Below are positions 49,615 through 59,831 of a stretch of DNA of 64,000 nt, in pieces. The notes below the pieces were generated by a model. That model saw only the letters and a program-made list of their open reading frames with translations. It was not told the origin of the DNA and did not search any database. The translations under genes and the position numbers were made by a program. Source of the stretch: Candidatus Omnitrophota bacterium (lineage in GTDB: Bacteria; Omnitrophota; Gorgyraeia; Gygaellales; Profunditerraquicolaceae). How positions within the stretch are numbered: the stretch's first letter is position 1; every line of letters begins with the position of its first letter. The DNA is taken from NCBI GenBank assembly GCA_041650835.1, contig JBAZKL010000001.1, positions 637,617-701,616 on the forward strand, written 5' to 3'.

Positions 49615-51012
49615 TTAAAAATCGGCAAATAACATATCCAGGTCGTGCTGGTAATCTTTATCTTTCCTATACCGGGGACGAGCGGCCTGAAGGATAGCGG
49701 AGAGCCTCACCTTGCTGTAAAATACCTTGGAATAAATAAGGTATTCTTTCCTGTTCTTTATGCGGGAGATGATCCGGTCATTTTCAATCTTGATCTTTCC
49801 TGAATTTTCCAGCTCCTGAAACTCTTTCCTAAATGCCTCTACGGGATCTTTTTTAAAAAGAGCGGCAAATGAACTTCTCAGGAAGCCTTCGAAAATATTA
49901 ATTATAATGAATTTACGCATCTCTTCATCGAGGCAAACCTTTACCCCGGTAAAACAAGGGACCCTTTTGAAAGCAGGTTTATGCTTGCTTCCCACCAGAT
50001 GCGGATGGCCATACCAAGCCTCACCGAACGGATGGGAATGAGAGCTGTATCCGATACCCAAAAGAGACGAATTCTCTTTACGCAGATCGGTTTCCTGGGC
50101 ATTGGCGGCAAAATCATTATCGGATAAGCCAAATCCATCCTCAACAGAGATGTTGCGGGACAATGATTGCAGGATCTTACGCCCCTCAATGAGCATGATC
50201 GCGCGCCGCTGTTTTTCTAAAGCCGAAAGCTCCTTATGAGCCAAAGAAAACGGCGTATGCGGCAGCGGACTAAAGGGCGTGATATGGACCATATCAGCCC
50301 CCAAAGCGATGATATCTTTAAGATCTCGGATAAAAGAAGCGGTCGATTGCCCCTCCAAACCGGCGATCAGGTCGACATTGATAAAGGGAATGCCCGCTTT
50401 GCGCGCGTCCTTAAAGACCCGGATAAATTTACTTCTGGTTTGAGGACGATTGATCAACCGGATAACCTTCGCATCCAATGACTGGACGCCGATCGTTAAA
50501 CGATTAACGTTATAGCGCGCCAAAACAGATATGAGGCCTTTGTTTAGATCGGTCGGGGTCCCTTCAAAAACGACCTTACAATCGCTGCTTGTGTTGAAAT
50601 TACGGTAAATATGCTCAAACAAACCTTGAATATCGCCGAGCTTCAAGAACGAAGGGCTTCCCCCCCCGAAATAAATAGAGGTGAAAGAAACCGGACGGAA
50701 GATCTTTTTAAAAAGGTCGAGCTCCCTGCGCAAAAGTCCGACATACCGGAGGACTTCCTGGTACTCGCCGGGCACATATGAATCGCAAAAACAATAGGAG
50801 CAGCGGAACCGGCAAAAAGGTATATGGATATAAAGGCCGAGCTTGCGCGGCGCTTTGCCATCCAATATCATCTTAACCGACCTGCGCCAAAAATATTGCA
50901 CTTCCTGCAAAGAAAATTTTTTTCCGTAACTATAATGCGGATAGATATCGTCATCTGCCAGCCGCACACTCAAGAATTTAAATATATCGACCATCTTTGG
51001 AGTCAAGATCAT
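49615..51012 (-). CDS. HemN-like radical SAM protein (oxygen-independent coproporphyrinogen III oxidase family)
   Basis: LGLYIHIPFCRFRCSYCFC: CxxxCxxC with the HemN/HemW-type preceding block. Confidence 0.8.
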   Translation of the reverse strand: MILTPKMVDIFKFLSVRLADDDIYPHYSYGKKFSLQEVQYFWRRSVKMILDGKAPRKLGLYIHIPFCRFRCSYCFCDSYVPGEYQEVLRYVGLLRRELDLFKKIFRPVSFTSIYFGGGSPSFLKLGDIQGLFEHIYRNFNTSSDCKVVFEGTPTDLNKGLISVLARYNVNRLTIGVQSLDAKVIRLINRPQTRSKFIRVFKDARKAGIPFINVDLIAGLEGQSTASFIRDLKDIIALGADMVHITPFSPLPHTPFSLAHKELSALEKQRRAIMLIEGRKILQSLSRNISVEDGFGLSDNDFAANAQETDLRKENSSLLGIGYSSHSHPFGEAWYGHPHLVGSKHKPAFKRVPCFTGVKVCLDEEMRKFIIINIFEGFLRSSFAALFKKDPVEAFRKEFQELENSGKIKIENDRIISRIKNRKEYLIYSKVFYSKVRLSAILQAARPRYRKDKDYQHDLDMLFADF

Positions 51013-51081
51013 ACACTCATACCTATACGTTTATTGCATCGGCATGCAAAAAAAACCGTACGCCGAGGCTTTTGATATTAT

Positions 51082-51456
51082 TTATGCGGTTTTTCGCAAG
51101 ACTGAGGCGATCATTGCTTTCAAGTCAGCCTCTTCAAAAGGCTTAGGAAGGCAGCCGGAGCTTCCCGTCAGGCGGATCTTCTCTGCGACCTCTTCGTCCT
51201 CATACGCAGTCAGATGAATTATGGGGATATTGAAACGTCCCCGGATGGCCGTCGCGGCTTCCACGCCATCCACGCGGCCGCGAAGTTTAATATCCATCAG
51301 GATCAAATCGGGCTTTTCGGCCTCTGCCTTTTGGATCGCATCTTCGCCGGTGGAAACCAAAGAACCCACCAGATAACCTGAACTCTCTAAAGTATTCTTC
51401 AGGCTTAAAGCAACGATAGGCTCATCCTCAACGATCAGAACGCGTTTTTTCTTCAT
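51082..51456 (-). CDS. single-domain CheY-like response regulator receiver
   Basis: KRVLIVEDEPIVALSL...DLILMDIKLRGRVDGVEAA. Confidence 0.8.
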   Translation of the reverse strand: MKKKRVLIVEDEPIVALSLKNTLESSGYLVGSLVSTGEDAIQKAEAEKPDLILMDIKLRGRVDGVEAATAIRGRFNIPIIHLTAYEDEEVAEKIRLTGSSGCLPKPFEEADLKAMIASVLRKTA

Positions 51457-51481
51457 ATCAAAGCTGTTTTTTTACAGTCCT

Positions 51482-53338
51482 TTACCCCTTATTCAACGTG
51501 ACCTTGAATGCCGTCCCTCCTGTCCGCAACAGCTTGACCTCCCCCAACTGCCGCGCCAATATATTCACTAATTCAAGCCCTAATGTTTGCGAGCTTTTCA
51601 AATCAAAATCTTTCGGCAAACCGACACCGTTATCCCGGACCACAAGCTCATAGGTATTATTTTCCCCCGCCTTCAATTCGACGCAGATCTCGCCTTTTCT
51701 ATTATCCGGGAACGCGTATTTAAACGCGTTAGTCACCAGCTCATTAACGATCAAACCGCAATGGACCACCATATCCATATTAAACCAGATCCCGTCATCA
51801 GCCACGACTTTCAGGGAAACAGTACCCTCAGTAACGTCGAACGAATGAGCAATGCTGCGCAAGAGGCTGTTGAGGTATTCCTTCATATCGATCCGGGAAA
51901 AGTCTGAGGAGCCATATAATTTCTCATGCACCATCGCGATCGATTTGATCCGGGAATGGCTCTCCATCAGGATCTCCCTTACCCCCTCATCCTTGATCTT
52001 ACGCGCCTGCAGATTCAATAAGCTGTTAACAACCTGCAGGTTATTCTTGACGCGATGATTGAGCTCCCGCAGTAAAAGCTCTTTTTCAACAAGCGCCGCT
52101 TTTATTCTTTCCTCAGCACACTTTCGCTCGGTGATATCTTTTACAAATCCCTGCACAATGCCCTTTCCCGAACGGGAGACGATCTTAGCGCTGACCGTCA
52201 CCCATACGCAGCTATGGTCTTTCTTCATATGCTGCCCGTCGAATTCAACCTTTCCGTCGCGCAACAACCGCTGCATATGCTTTTGCATTAACCGCGTGTT
52301 TTCCGGACAGTCGATCTTGGCCAAAGATGCCCCCATGAGATCATCCCGGCTGTATCCCGTCATCTTGCAGGCATTTTCATTAACATCCATGATAGTCCCT
52401 TCGAAATCATGGATATATAAAGCATCATTTGTATTCTCAACTATTGAACGGTACCTGCTTTCGCTTGCCAGCAACGCAGCTTCTGCCTGGGTACGCTCGG
52501 TAATATCCCGGAAGACACCCATGAGATACTTCCGGCCGTTCATCACCATGATACTGGCATTAATATCAACATAAAAAACAGTGCCGTCTTTTTTCTTGAG
52601 CGGGATATTTTGCGCTAAATTGATCTTGCCTTCGCATTGTTGTTTAAAGACCTCTCTGACTTTCGGGAGTTCCTCTTCAGGATGGATATCATTCACCGCT
52701 AAACCGCGCAATGCATCCAGATCATAGCCGAGCATCTTACAAATCGCGCGGTTTCCCAACCGGAACTCCCTTGTTTCGATATCCGCCAGGAGTATTCCGT
52801 CGTTGACGGCATCAAAGATACACTTAAACCGCTCTTCGGATTCTTTAAGTTCAAGAACGGCTTTTTTGCGCGCGGTAACATCGATAAAAATACAATGGGC
52901 CTGTTTAAAACGCCCCTCAAGGTCATAGCTTATCGTGCCGTTAAGCGAAGCAGTAAAGCACGTGCCGTCCTTACGCTTCATTTCAAGTTCAACGCCCCCG
53001 GCCAGACCGCCTGCCTTAAATAACGGAAAACGCTCCTGAAAAAGTTTTTTTGAATCTACGGCCAGAAAATCCCCGACCCGATGGCCGATAACTTCTTTAC
53101 CGGAATATTGCATAACATCCAGCCAGGCCTGGTTGACCTGAATAAGGCATCCTTCGCTGTTGAGCGACTGGTACGGCAGCGGCGATAATTCCAGAGGGCT
53201 TACGGACACACTATCGTTATTTTTGGTTTGCTTATCACTGGAGTGGATAGTTTTTTTGACACGCGGCAGCGCCGGAGATATCCTTTTAAATCTTTTCTTC
53301 TTTGGAAGAAGCGGGGCCTTCTTGGTCTTCATGCTCAA
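51482..53338 (-). CDS. multi-PAS sensor histidine kinase (HisKA_2/HWE-type)
   Basis: Several PAS/PAC blocks, an H-box HRVKNNLQVV and an ATP-lid region GLIVNELVTNAFKYAF ... VRDNGVGLP. Confidence 0.85.
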   Translation of the reverse strand: MSMKTKKAPLLPKKKRFKRISPALPRVKKTIHSSDKQTKNNDSVSVSPLELSPLPYQSLNSEGCLIQVNQAWLDVMQYSGKEVIGHRVGDFLAVDSKKLFQERFPLFKAGGLAGGVELEMKRKDGTCFTASLNGTISYDLEGRFKQAHCIFIDVTARKKAVLELKESEERFKCIFDAVNDGILLADIETREFRLGNRAICKMLGYDLDALRGLAVNDIHPEEELPKVREVFKQQCEGKINLAQNIPLKKKDGTVFYVDINASIMVMNGRKYLMGVFRDITERTQAEAALLASESRYRSIVENTNDALYIHDFEGTIMDVNENACKMTGYSRDDLMGASLAKIDCPENTRLMQKHMQRLLRDGKVEFDGQHMKKDHSCVWVTVSAKIVSRSGKGIVQGFVKDITERKCAEERIKAALVEKELLLRELNHRVKNNLQVVNSLLNLQARKIKDEGVREILMESHSRIKSIAMVHEKLYGSSDFSRIDMKEYLNSLLRSIAHSFDVTEGTVSLKVVADDGIWFNMDMVVHCGLIVNELVTNAFKYAFPDNRKGEICVELKAGENNTYELVVRDNGVGLPKDFDLKSSQTLGLELVNILARQLGEVKLLRTGGTAFKVTLNKG

Positions 53339-53439
53339 CCTTTTAGCTCATAAAAATCTTGGTTTTATGTTAGGCAGGATACTGATTTATTATACACCTA
53401 ATAATACAACAAACACCGTTTTTTTAACTATTTTCCGCG

Positions 53440-54912
53440 TCACGGCTGCGCTTTCTCAATTACCTTTATTATGGCAGACGCGGCATTATCCGCTAAAAGG
53501 CTGTTCCCCTTCTTTGTGCAATGCCCGAAACTTCCGGCGAACATATCGACAAAATAAGCATCAACCCCTTGCTTTGCCACCGCGTCTTTAAAAACCTGTT
53601 CATTATCCACCAAAACAACCTCCGGCTGCCCCCCAAAAACTTTCCGCAGCAAAGCAGCGCTCTCCATAGGATAGGACATACACACCAGTATCCCGGCCCG
53701 CTCATCAACCACGATACTCTTCAGCTTCCGGTAATTAGCGACAGTCAGCGGATTATATCGGGTGAGCTTCTCCCGCGCGCGGGAATATTCCTGCGCTCGC
53801 GAGTTATCTCCCATATTCCCATATAAACCCGACAAGAATTTGTAACACCTATGGTCGTAGGCAGGATTTAAACCCAGCGCCTTCTTAAACAAAGGCTCAG
53901 CCTCCGCGTACAACCCCCGGCGTTCGTATAAATACCCTAACCCGATATACGCTTCCGGATTACGAGGCTCTACTTCAGCGGCTTTTAAGAACATGCGGCG
54001 GGCATTTTCGTAATCACGCATTTCTTCATAACACCAGCCTGAAAATATATACGCCGTTGCTTTATAAGGAGCCAGGACGATCGCCTTCTCCAGCAGCGCG
54101 GCCGCCTGCGGGAACTTATCCTGTTTATTGTAAAATAACGCGTACGCGACATACGCCTCTTCATTGTCCGGGGCAAGCTCGATCATCCTCTTGTATCTTT
54201 GTTCCGCCTGCTCGTAGCGGCCGCCTTCAAAGTCGCTCTTAGCCCTCAGGCATTCCCGCTGAATTACCGCAGCGGACGGTTTACCGATATACTTTCCAAA
54301 TTCCGGGCAGTTCAAATCATTCTTTATAAAAACCGTCCATTTCCCGGGAGAGCCCTGAGATGCGCCTAAGCCCGGAAAACCATATCCTCTCAACTTACGC
54401 GCGCAACCGCTCCCCAGGAGCTTCATCAGCCGATATGTTTTAAAAGACCTGAAAAAACGTTTAACCGCGGAAATATTTTCAGCTTCAAAAAAAACATAAT
54501 CTTCCCCGTCATTGACCCCCATCATCGCGATCACCATATCAGGGTCATAGGTATCGAGGTCTTTATTAAGCTGCGAAAGCAGGCGGGTGGAATTCACCGA
54601 GGGAATACCGCGGTTAATGACGCTAAAGGCCTTTCCCGGGACAAGGCGGCCCAGGGCTGCTTCAAGCAAAGCAGGATACGCGTCGGCTTTCCCGGCCGTG
54701 GTCGATTCTCCTAAACACATGATCCGATACGCGCCATGCTTCCTCAAAGAATCGCCGTTACGCTTTTCCCAGGTTGAGACGATAAACAATCCCGTCAAAC
54801 GTAACCCGGCTTCAAGTGCCAGAAAAAAAAAGAAGATCCCCAGGCAGGCTAAAACAATTCCTTGGGTAAAAGTAGTTTTCGGCTTCGCGTTATGGATAGC
54901 ATCCTGCTTCAT
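53440..54912 (-). CDS. membrane-anchored SGNH-hydrolase-like domain plus TPR repeat protein
   Basis: N-terminal TM, CLGESTTAG and GVNDG SGNH-like blocks, then multiple TPR units (AYIGLGYLYERRGLYAEAEPLFKKAL...). Confidence 0.55.
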   Translation of the reverse strand: MKQDAIHNAKPKTTFTQGIVLACLGIFFFFLALEAGLRLTGLFIVSTWEKRNGDSLRKHGAYRIMCLGESTTAGKADAYPALLEAALGRLVPGKAFSVINRGIPSVNSTRLLSQLNKDLDTYDPDMVIAMMGVNDGEDYVFFEAENISAVKRFFRSFKTYRLMKLLGSGCARKLRGYGFPGLGASQGSPGKWTVFIKNDLNCPEFGKYIGKPSAAVIQRECLRAKSDFEGGRYEQAEQRYKRMIELAPDNEEAYVAYALFYNKQDKFPQAAALLEKAIVLAPYKATAYIFSGWCYEEMRDYENARRMFLKAAEVEPRNPEAYIGLGYLYERRGLYAEAEPLFKKALGLNPAYDHRCYKFLSGLYGNMGDNSRAQEYSRAREKLTRYNPLTVANYRKLKSIVVDERAGILVCMSYPMESAALLRKVFGGQPEVVLVDNEQVFKDAVAKQGVDAYFVDMFAGSFGHCTKKGNSLLADNAASAIIKVIEKAQP

Positions 54913-54985
54913 GAGTCGGTTATTCCTGCATTACGAGGGAGGCTGCCGCTTTTTAAGCGTCGAAAAACGGCATTCTTGAAAGAAC

Positions 54986-55378
54986 CTATGGAATGATCTC
55001 TATTCCCGGAGGCCCTTCTTTTACGATATGTTGCAATAATTTTTCCTGAGCAACGGCTGTTATGGAAACAAACTCAACCCCCAGCTGAAAGGGGAATTCC
55101 GCGGCGCTGACCTCTTTAAGCCAGATCACCTTACCCGTTACTTTGATCGGATCGCTGAAATCAAGCAGTTGAATTTCCAGGTCGATGAATCTTCCCGACT
55201 CCAGCCTCTGAGGGAAAGGAAGGCAGATCCCTGTTACTGAAATGTTCTTACTGCGGGAAGCAGTCTTAAAAACAGTATTCAGCAAACGGTAACTGACCAC
55301 TAAAGACGCATTAATACGTATTTTTCTTCTACGCTCTTGCATGATTATTACTTTATCACAGGATACCCGGAAATTCAA
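54986..55378 (-). CDS. PilZ domain protein
   Basis: RRKIR (RxxxR) and N-S--G (NISVTGICL) c-di-GMP binding motifs. Confidence 0.55.
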   Translation of the reverse strand: MNFRVSCDKVIIMQERRRKIRINASLVVSYRLLNTVFKTASRSKNISVTGICLPFPQRLESGRFIDLEIQLLDFSDPIKVTGKVIWLKEVSAAEFPFQLGVEFVSITAVAQEKLLQHIVKEGPPGIEIIP

Positions 55379-55383
55379 TGTTT

Positions 55384-56061
55384 TTAAAAATCCCCCCCAT
55401 TATCGGGGCTCCCCACATATTCTTGAGCTCTTTTTTCCCGGGAAGCAATAACAGAGACGCCGGCCTTGAATAAACCCGGCCCCAGGAACCAGGCCTTCTG
55501 CAGCACATTAAAGACTTCAGGGGCCGCCATCGCCTCATAATCAATCTTCAAATACCGCCGTAAAAGCAGCTCCGCGTATTTTTGAGCAAATACTTCATAA
55601 ACTTCCCTGTCACTGAAGACATCCTCCAGGCTGAATTTTGATAAAGCAGGATAATGCTGCAGTACGTCCTGCGCGGCGATCCTGCTTAATCCAAGCGCGC
55701 CATAGGCCTTCTTCCCCGGATGCTCGAAATTCGGAGGATAATTCTTACCGGAAGACTCCAGGTAATTCAAGCCTGCCCTTAAATACCTCCAAAGCCCTTC
55801 GTTCATTTCCATTGACGTCAATACCTTACCCGGCCGGGCGGTCAGCGCGGCATCATTGACCGCGGACGCAGCATGAGTGAACTTCACCCGGGATGCGCCA
55901 AGATGCGGAGAATACGCGTACAATAATACCACTAAAGACAGGATAAAGAATTCACTGGCGATGAAGACATTGTTTTTGGTTTTTATTCCGCTCACGCGCG
56001 GGGCAGGGCCCTTAAGAACCGTCAACGATTTGAATAAAAGCATATCTCCCCCCAAAAACAA
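55384..56061 (-). CDS. hypothetical membrane-anchored protein
   Basis: One N-terminal TM. Weak transglycosylase-like block (AYGALGLSRIAAQDV). Confidence 0.3.
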   Translation of the reverse strand: MFLGGDMLLFKSLTVLKGPAPRVSGIKTKNNVFIASEFFILSLVVLLYAYSPHLGASRVKFTHAASAVNDAALTARPGKVLTSMEMNEGLWRYLRAGLNYLESSGKNYPPNFEHPGKKAYGALGLSRIAAQDVLQHYPALSKFSLEDVFSDREVYEVFAQKYAELLLRRYLKIDYEAMAAPEVFNVLQKAWFLGPGLFKAGVSVIASREKRAQEYVGSPDNGGDF

Positions 56062-56143
56062 AACCCCGGCGTAATCACACCGGGGTCATGAGAAAAGAAA
56101 AAGCCCTTAAAAGGCACTTTCAAGGGCTTGCTTTTCCTCTTTG
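56051..56143. terminator. two adjacent GC-rich hairpins with flanking T/A tracts (candidate bidirectional rho-independent terminators)
   Basis: ccccggcg..caccgggg (56064-56085) is followed on the minus strand by a U-tract. aagccctt..aagggctt (56101-56129) has T-tracts on both sides. Confidence 0.45.
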
Positions 56144-56341
56144 GCAACGCAGCCCCCCGATCGAACGATCGGGGCTGTCGCTTTGCGCCCCAGCATTACT
56201 GCTAGTTAGCCTTTTTCAGTAGGTTCAAACTATATTGAACGAACTACCTGTTCTTATTAAACTATAACATACAATCGGACTTTTTTCCAAAAACAAATCG
56301 ATTTACCGCGGTAGGCGCGCCTGGCGGCGGAAAAACAGGGA

Positions 56342-56770
56342 TCAGGACCCAAGGCCGCCCTGCAGAGGGTTTTTTTTGGTGAGGTTGATCGCCATAGCGG
56401 CGAAATTATCTATTTCTTGTTTATCTTTCTCGGAGATACTGATAAATTGTATCCCTAATCGGCATTCATCGATTTCTTTCACGCAATACTTGACTTCTCC
56501 GGTTATTTCAACCGGCCCGTAGAAGCTCACATCATCTTTTTCAACCTTAAACAAGGTAAAACGTATCATTAACACCGTATTGAGCGGAATTTCATAGTCG
56601 GTATAGATCGCCATCCCGCTCTTGCTTAAATCAAGCATGGTTGCCTTGATCTCCTTATTCGCGGTTAACAGGCGTACTGCCAACGGCTCATTGATCCTAT
56701 ACGTAACCGAGAGGCTGACCCTGACGCGCTTGCCCCTTCGCCGCTCCGCCCCCGAATAATCAGCTTCCAT
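56342..56770 (-). CDS. PilZ domain protein
   Basis: RRRGKR (RxxxR) and DLSKSGMAI (DxSxxG). Confidence 0.6.
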   Translation of the reverse strand: MEADYSGAERRRGKRVRVSLSVTYRINEPLAVRLLTANKEIKATMLDLSKSGMAIYTDYEIPLNTVLMIRFTLFKVEKDDVSFYGPVEITGEVKYCVKEIDECRLGIQFISISEKDKQEIDNFAAMAINLTKKNPLQGGLGS

Positions 56771-56831
56771 GCCTGTATCTCCTCTATATACCCCGGAACG
56801 CCTCTCTCAAGTCAGCAAGGGTATCCACGGT

Positions 56832-57197
56832 TTAAACCGTATACTTTTTAACGAACTTCAATAATACCTGGACATCAAACGGCTTGATAATATAATCGAC
56901 CGCGCCTAACTCCTGCCCCTGGAACACCGCCTTTGATTCAGCTTTGGCAGTAAGCATAATAACGGGGATATTTTTTGTTTGATCGTCTAATTGCAACTCA
57001 TGTAGGACGCTAAAGCCGTCGCGGTGAGGCATCACCACATCCAAAAGAATAAGGCCCGGGTTGTCTTCGCGAGCCTTACGCAATCCTTCGTCTCCATCAG
57101 AAGCGGTAATTATTTCATAGCCTTGAGCTTCTAATTGCTTTTTAACAAAAAAGATCACATCCGGCTCGTCATCGACAATAAGTATCTTACATTTCAT
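56832..57197 (-). CDS. single-domain CheY-like response regulator receiver
   Basis: KILIVDDEPDVIFFV...LILLDVVMPHRDGFSVL. Confidence 0.8.
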   Translation of the reverse strand: MKCKILIVDDEPDVIFFVKKQLEAQGYEIITASDGDEGLRKAREDNPGLILLDVVMPHRDGFSVLHELQLDDQTKNIPVIMLTAKAESKAVFQGQELGAVDYIIKPFDVQVLLKFVKKYTV

Positions 57198-57468
57198 ATC
57201 GGACCCCGCGATAATTGTACGTTATTATAACGCGGGAGTTTCGCGGGCGCAAGAAAAAGAATTAGATCGCAGAAAACTCAAGAGATCAGAAAATCTAGAA
57301 TAATAAGTTAATTCTAAAGATTAAAGGCTAAATAACAAAGGAAATTCAAAGATTAAAAGTAAAATTCTAAAATGTAACCTTAAGCCTTTAATCTTCCTTT
57401 GTTATTTGAACTTTAACCTTTAGACTTTAAAATTATATCGTTCTTTGGTATCTGGTTTGAAGAAACCC

Positions 57469-57876
57469 CTACTGATTGTTCTTGGGCGGGACCAACAGCT
57501 TTTCCAGCAGCTTCTTGGAAGTATTCGACACATTTTGCTCCAACTGCCTGATCACTATATCTTTCATCTGCGCTTCGCGCCTGAGCGCTTCAAATTCCTG
57601 CCGCAGCTTCTCCTGCTTCAAAGATGCCGTCTCGATGGTCGCGTTGAGCCGCGCGATATGGCCCTTACTTTCCGACAGCCTGTTCCTGTTATGAACTAAT
57701 TCAAAGACCAGGGCCACGCCGATACATATCATCAATAAAACAAGCCATAAAGCCGACGTTCGCCAAAACGTTACTTTCTTGACCAATTCGGTATATTTTG
57801 TTTTATATGCCAAAACCAACTGCTTATAATCAGCTAACGCGTAAACAATACCGGAAGCCTGTTTTTCTTTTGCCAT
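57469..57876 (-). CDS. membrane-anchored coiled-coil protein (FtsB/DivIC-like topology)
   Basis: Single TM followed by a coiled coil. Confidence 0.35.
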   Translation of the reverse strand: MAKEKQASGIVYALADYKQLVLAYKTKYTELVKKVTFWRTSALWLVLLMICIGVALVFELVHNRNRLSESKGHIARLNATIETASLKQEKLRQEFEALRREAQMKDIVIRQLEQNVSNTSKKLLEKLLVPPKNNQ

Positions 57877-57967
57877 ACCCGCCTTTTCATCCGTAAAAAA
57901 GCTTTTTCCTGTTATTATTATACTATTGTTCAGGGAAATTTAATACTTTTATTAAGTGTTTTGAGTG

Positions 57968-58204
57968 TTACCATGTCACGGTTTTAACAGCATAGGCAAA
58001 TACCAATATCCCTGAACCCATTAACAATAACCCCATACTCCGCGTATTCCTGATCTCTTTATTTAAATCAATAGGCTCGATCCGCCAGTTTATCATCTCA
58101 TAAAACCTCTTTTGGAGGCCCAAAGCGGCTTGCGGCTTTAAAAAAAGAAAATAACCGGTCAAACAACATCCGATACACGCCAGGCTTACGATCAACATAG
58201 TCAA
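57968..58204 (-). CDS. small membrane protein
   Basis: 78 aa, two TM helices. Confidence 0.3.
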   Translation of the reverse strand: MTMLIVSLACIGCCLTGYFLFLKPQAALGLQKRFYEMINWRIEPIDLNKEIRNTRSMGLLLMGSGILVFAYAVKTVTW

Positions 58205-58208
58205 AACG

Positions 58209-58598
58209 TTATGATAAAAACCACCGGATAATTTTTTTTACCACGCTCAAAGGAGAAACCGGGGAGAGCGCGGCAGGGCGCTTTACCAGTTCGATCATAT
58301 TATCCAGCCCGAAATCAAGCCCCGCGCAATACCGGTCATTACCCAGGGCCCTCGACCAGATAACCCTGGCTTTTTTCTCAAAAGGCCCGGAAAAAAAAGA
58401 GGACTGCGCGATCATGACCTCCACGCGGGTATCGATCTTAAACGGCCGGCCGCTGTCAACGCAGGCTCCCCGGGCGCAGATATTCCGCAAGAACGCCTCC
58501 TGCCGTAAATTATCAGCGTCCATGAGCGACACCGGAAAATGAATATTCAAGCGTTCATACGAACGGCGATGGGGTTCACCGGGATGATTCTGGCTCAT
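58209..58598 (-). CDS. PilZ domain protein
   Basis: RRSYER (RxxxR) near the N-terminus. The beta-barrel region is reasonable but the DxSxxG motif is degenerate. Confidence 0.45.
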   Translation of the reverse strand: MSQNHPGEPHRRSYERLNIHFPVSLMDADNLRQEAFLRNICARGACVDSGRPFKIDTRVEVMIAQSSFFSGPFEKKARVIWSRALGNDRYCAGLDFGLDNMIELVKRPAALSPVSPLSVVKKIIRWFLS

Positions 58599-58707
58599 AA
58601 TTTTTATACGGCCGCAAAACGCAAGCCGCTCCTGCTAAAGCATCCAGTAAACTGATGCCCTTAAACAAAGTTCTTTCCAGTTCTTCTTTTTATGTTATAC
58701 TTTTTTT

Positions 58708-59802
58708 ATGGCTGATAAATTACGCAACATCATCGAAGATATAGCGGTCGATTTCCTCAACAGCGCGTTATCCGCGCGCATCGATATATGCACCTGCGCC
58801 AAATGCAAAAACGACATGCTCGCATACGTCTTATCCCGCGTACCGGCCAAGTATGTAACGACTGAATTCGGCGCGCTCCACACGATCATCGAACAAACCA
58901 AACTTGAAAAAGAAGCGGAGGTCGGCAGAGCGACGATCGCCGCCATCGAGATCATCAGCAAAAGCCCCCGCCACGAGGTCAAAGAGAACAAAGAAGCGAC
59001 CTTTCAGCTGCTCCTGGACAAGATTTATCAGGACAGAGGGCTTGATTTCCACCACTACCATTCAGACCTGATCAAGCGCCGCATCGCTATGCGCATGAAC
59101 CTCAACAAAGTCGGTTCACTCTCGGAATACTTAATGTTCCTGATCAACAATCCGCATGAATACGATAAATTGTTCGAAGTCCTCTGCATCAATGTTTCCG
59201 AGTTTTTCCGCGATCCCCCGGTCTGGGAAACAATGACCCCGATCATCAAAAACCTTATTCAGCAGAAAAACGGCAAAAGCGGCGAAAAGCTGATCATTTG
59301 GTCAGCCGCCTGCGCCTACGGCGAAGAACCGTACTCGCTCGCTATCCTGCTTAAAGAACTATTAAAACAAACCGGCTCGACCGTAAACCTGGAAATAAAC
59401 GCTACAGACCTTGACCCTAAGGCGCTGCGCGCCTCGCACAAAGCGGATTACCCTAAAACAGCGGTAAAGAACGTAAAGAGCGAATACCTGAAATCTTATT
59501 TTACCTCGTCTCTGACCAGTTTGAAGCTCAAGGATGAGATCAAGGACATGGTATCATTTAAACCTCTTGACCTCATCGCTTCCGACTATATCAAAAACAC
59601 CGACATTATATTCTGCCGCAACGTTTTCATTTATTTTACCCGCAGCCTCCAGGACCAGCTCCTCATGAAATTTTTCCATTCATTGAACATCGGCGGCTAC
59701 CTGGTCATGGGGATCACGGAAACCATGTGGCCGGAAGCCAAAGAGATCTTTGAAGAAGTCAGCGCCACCTGCAGGATCTACCGCAAACGCGCCGTAGTCT
59801 AA
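58708..59802 (+). CDS. cheR: chemotaxis protein methyltransferase CheR with an N-terminal ComFB-like Cys-cluster domain
   Basis: The C-terminal CheR SAM-binding region (IWSAACAYGEEPYSLAILL ... IFCRNVFIYF) is present. The N-terminal ~90 aa carry the ComFB-like motif DICTCAKCKNDMLAYVLSRVPAKYV. Confidence 0.8.
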   Translation: MADKLRNIIEDIAVDFLNSALSARIDICTCAKCKNDMLAYVLSRVPAKYVTTEFGALHTIIEQTKLEKEAEVGRATIAAIEIISKSPRHEVKENKEATFQLLLDKIYQDRGLDFHHYHSDLIKRRIAMRMNLNKVGSLSEYLMFLINNPHEYDKLFEVLCINVSEFFRDPPVWETMTPIIKNLIQQKNGKSGEKLIIWSAACAYGEEPYSLAILLKELLKQTGSTVNLEINATDLDPKALRASHKADYPKTAVKNVKSEYLKSYFTSSLTSLKLKDEIKDMVSFKPLDLIASDYIKNTDIIFCRNVFIYFTRSLQDQLLMKFFHSLNIGGYLVMGITETMWPEAKEIFEEVSATCRIYRKRAVV

Positions 59803-59831
59803 ACACGCACACTTCTCTTTTTTATCTTTGC

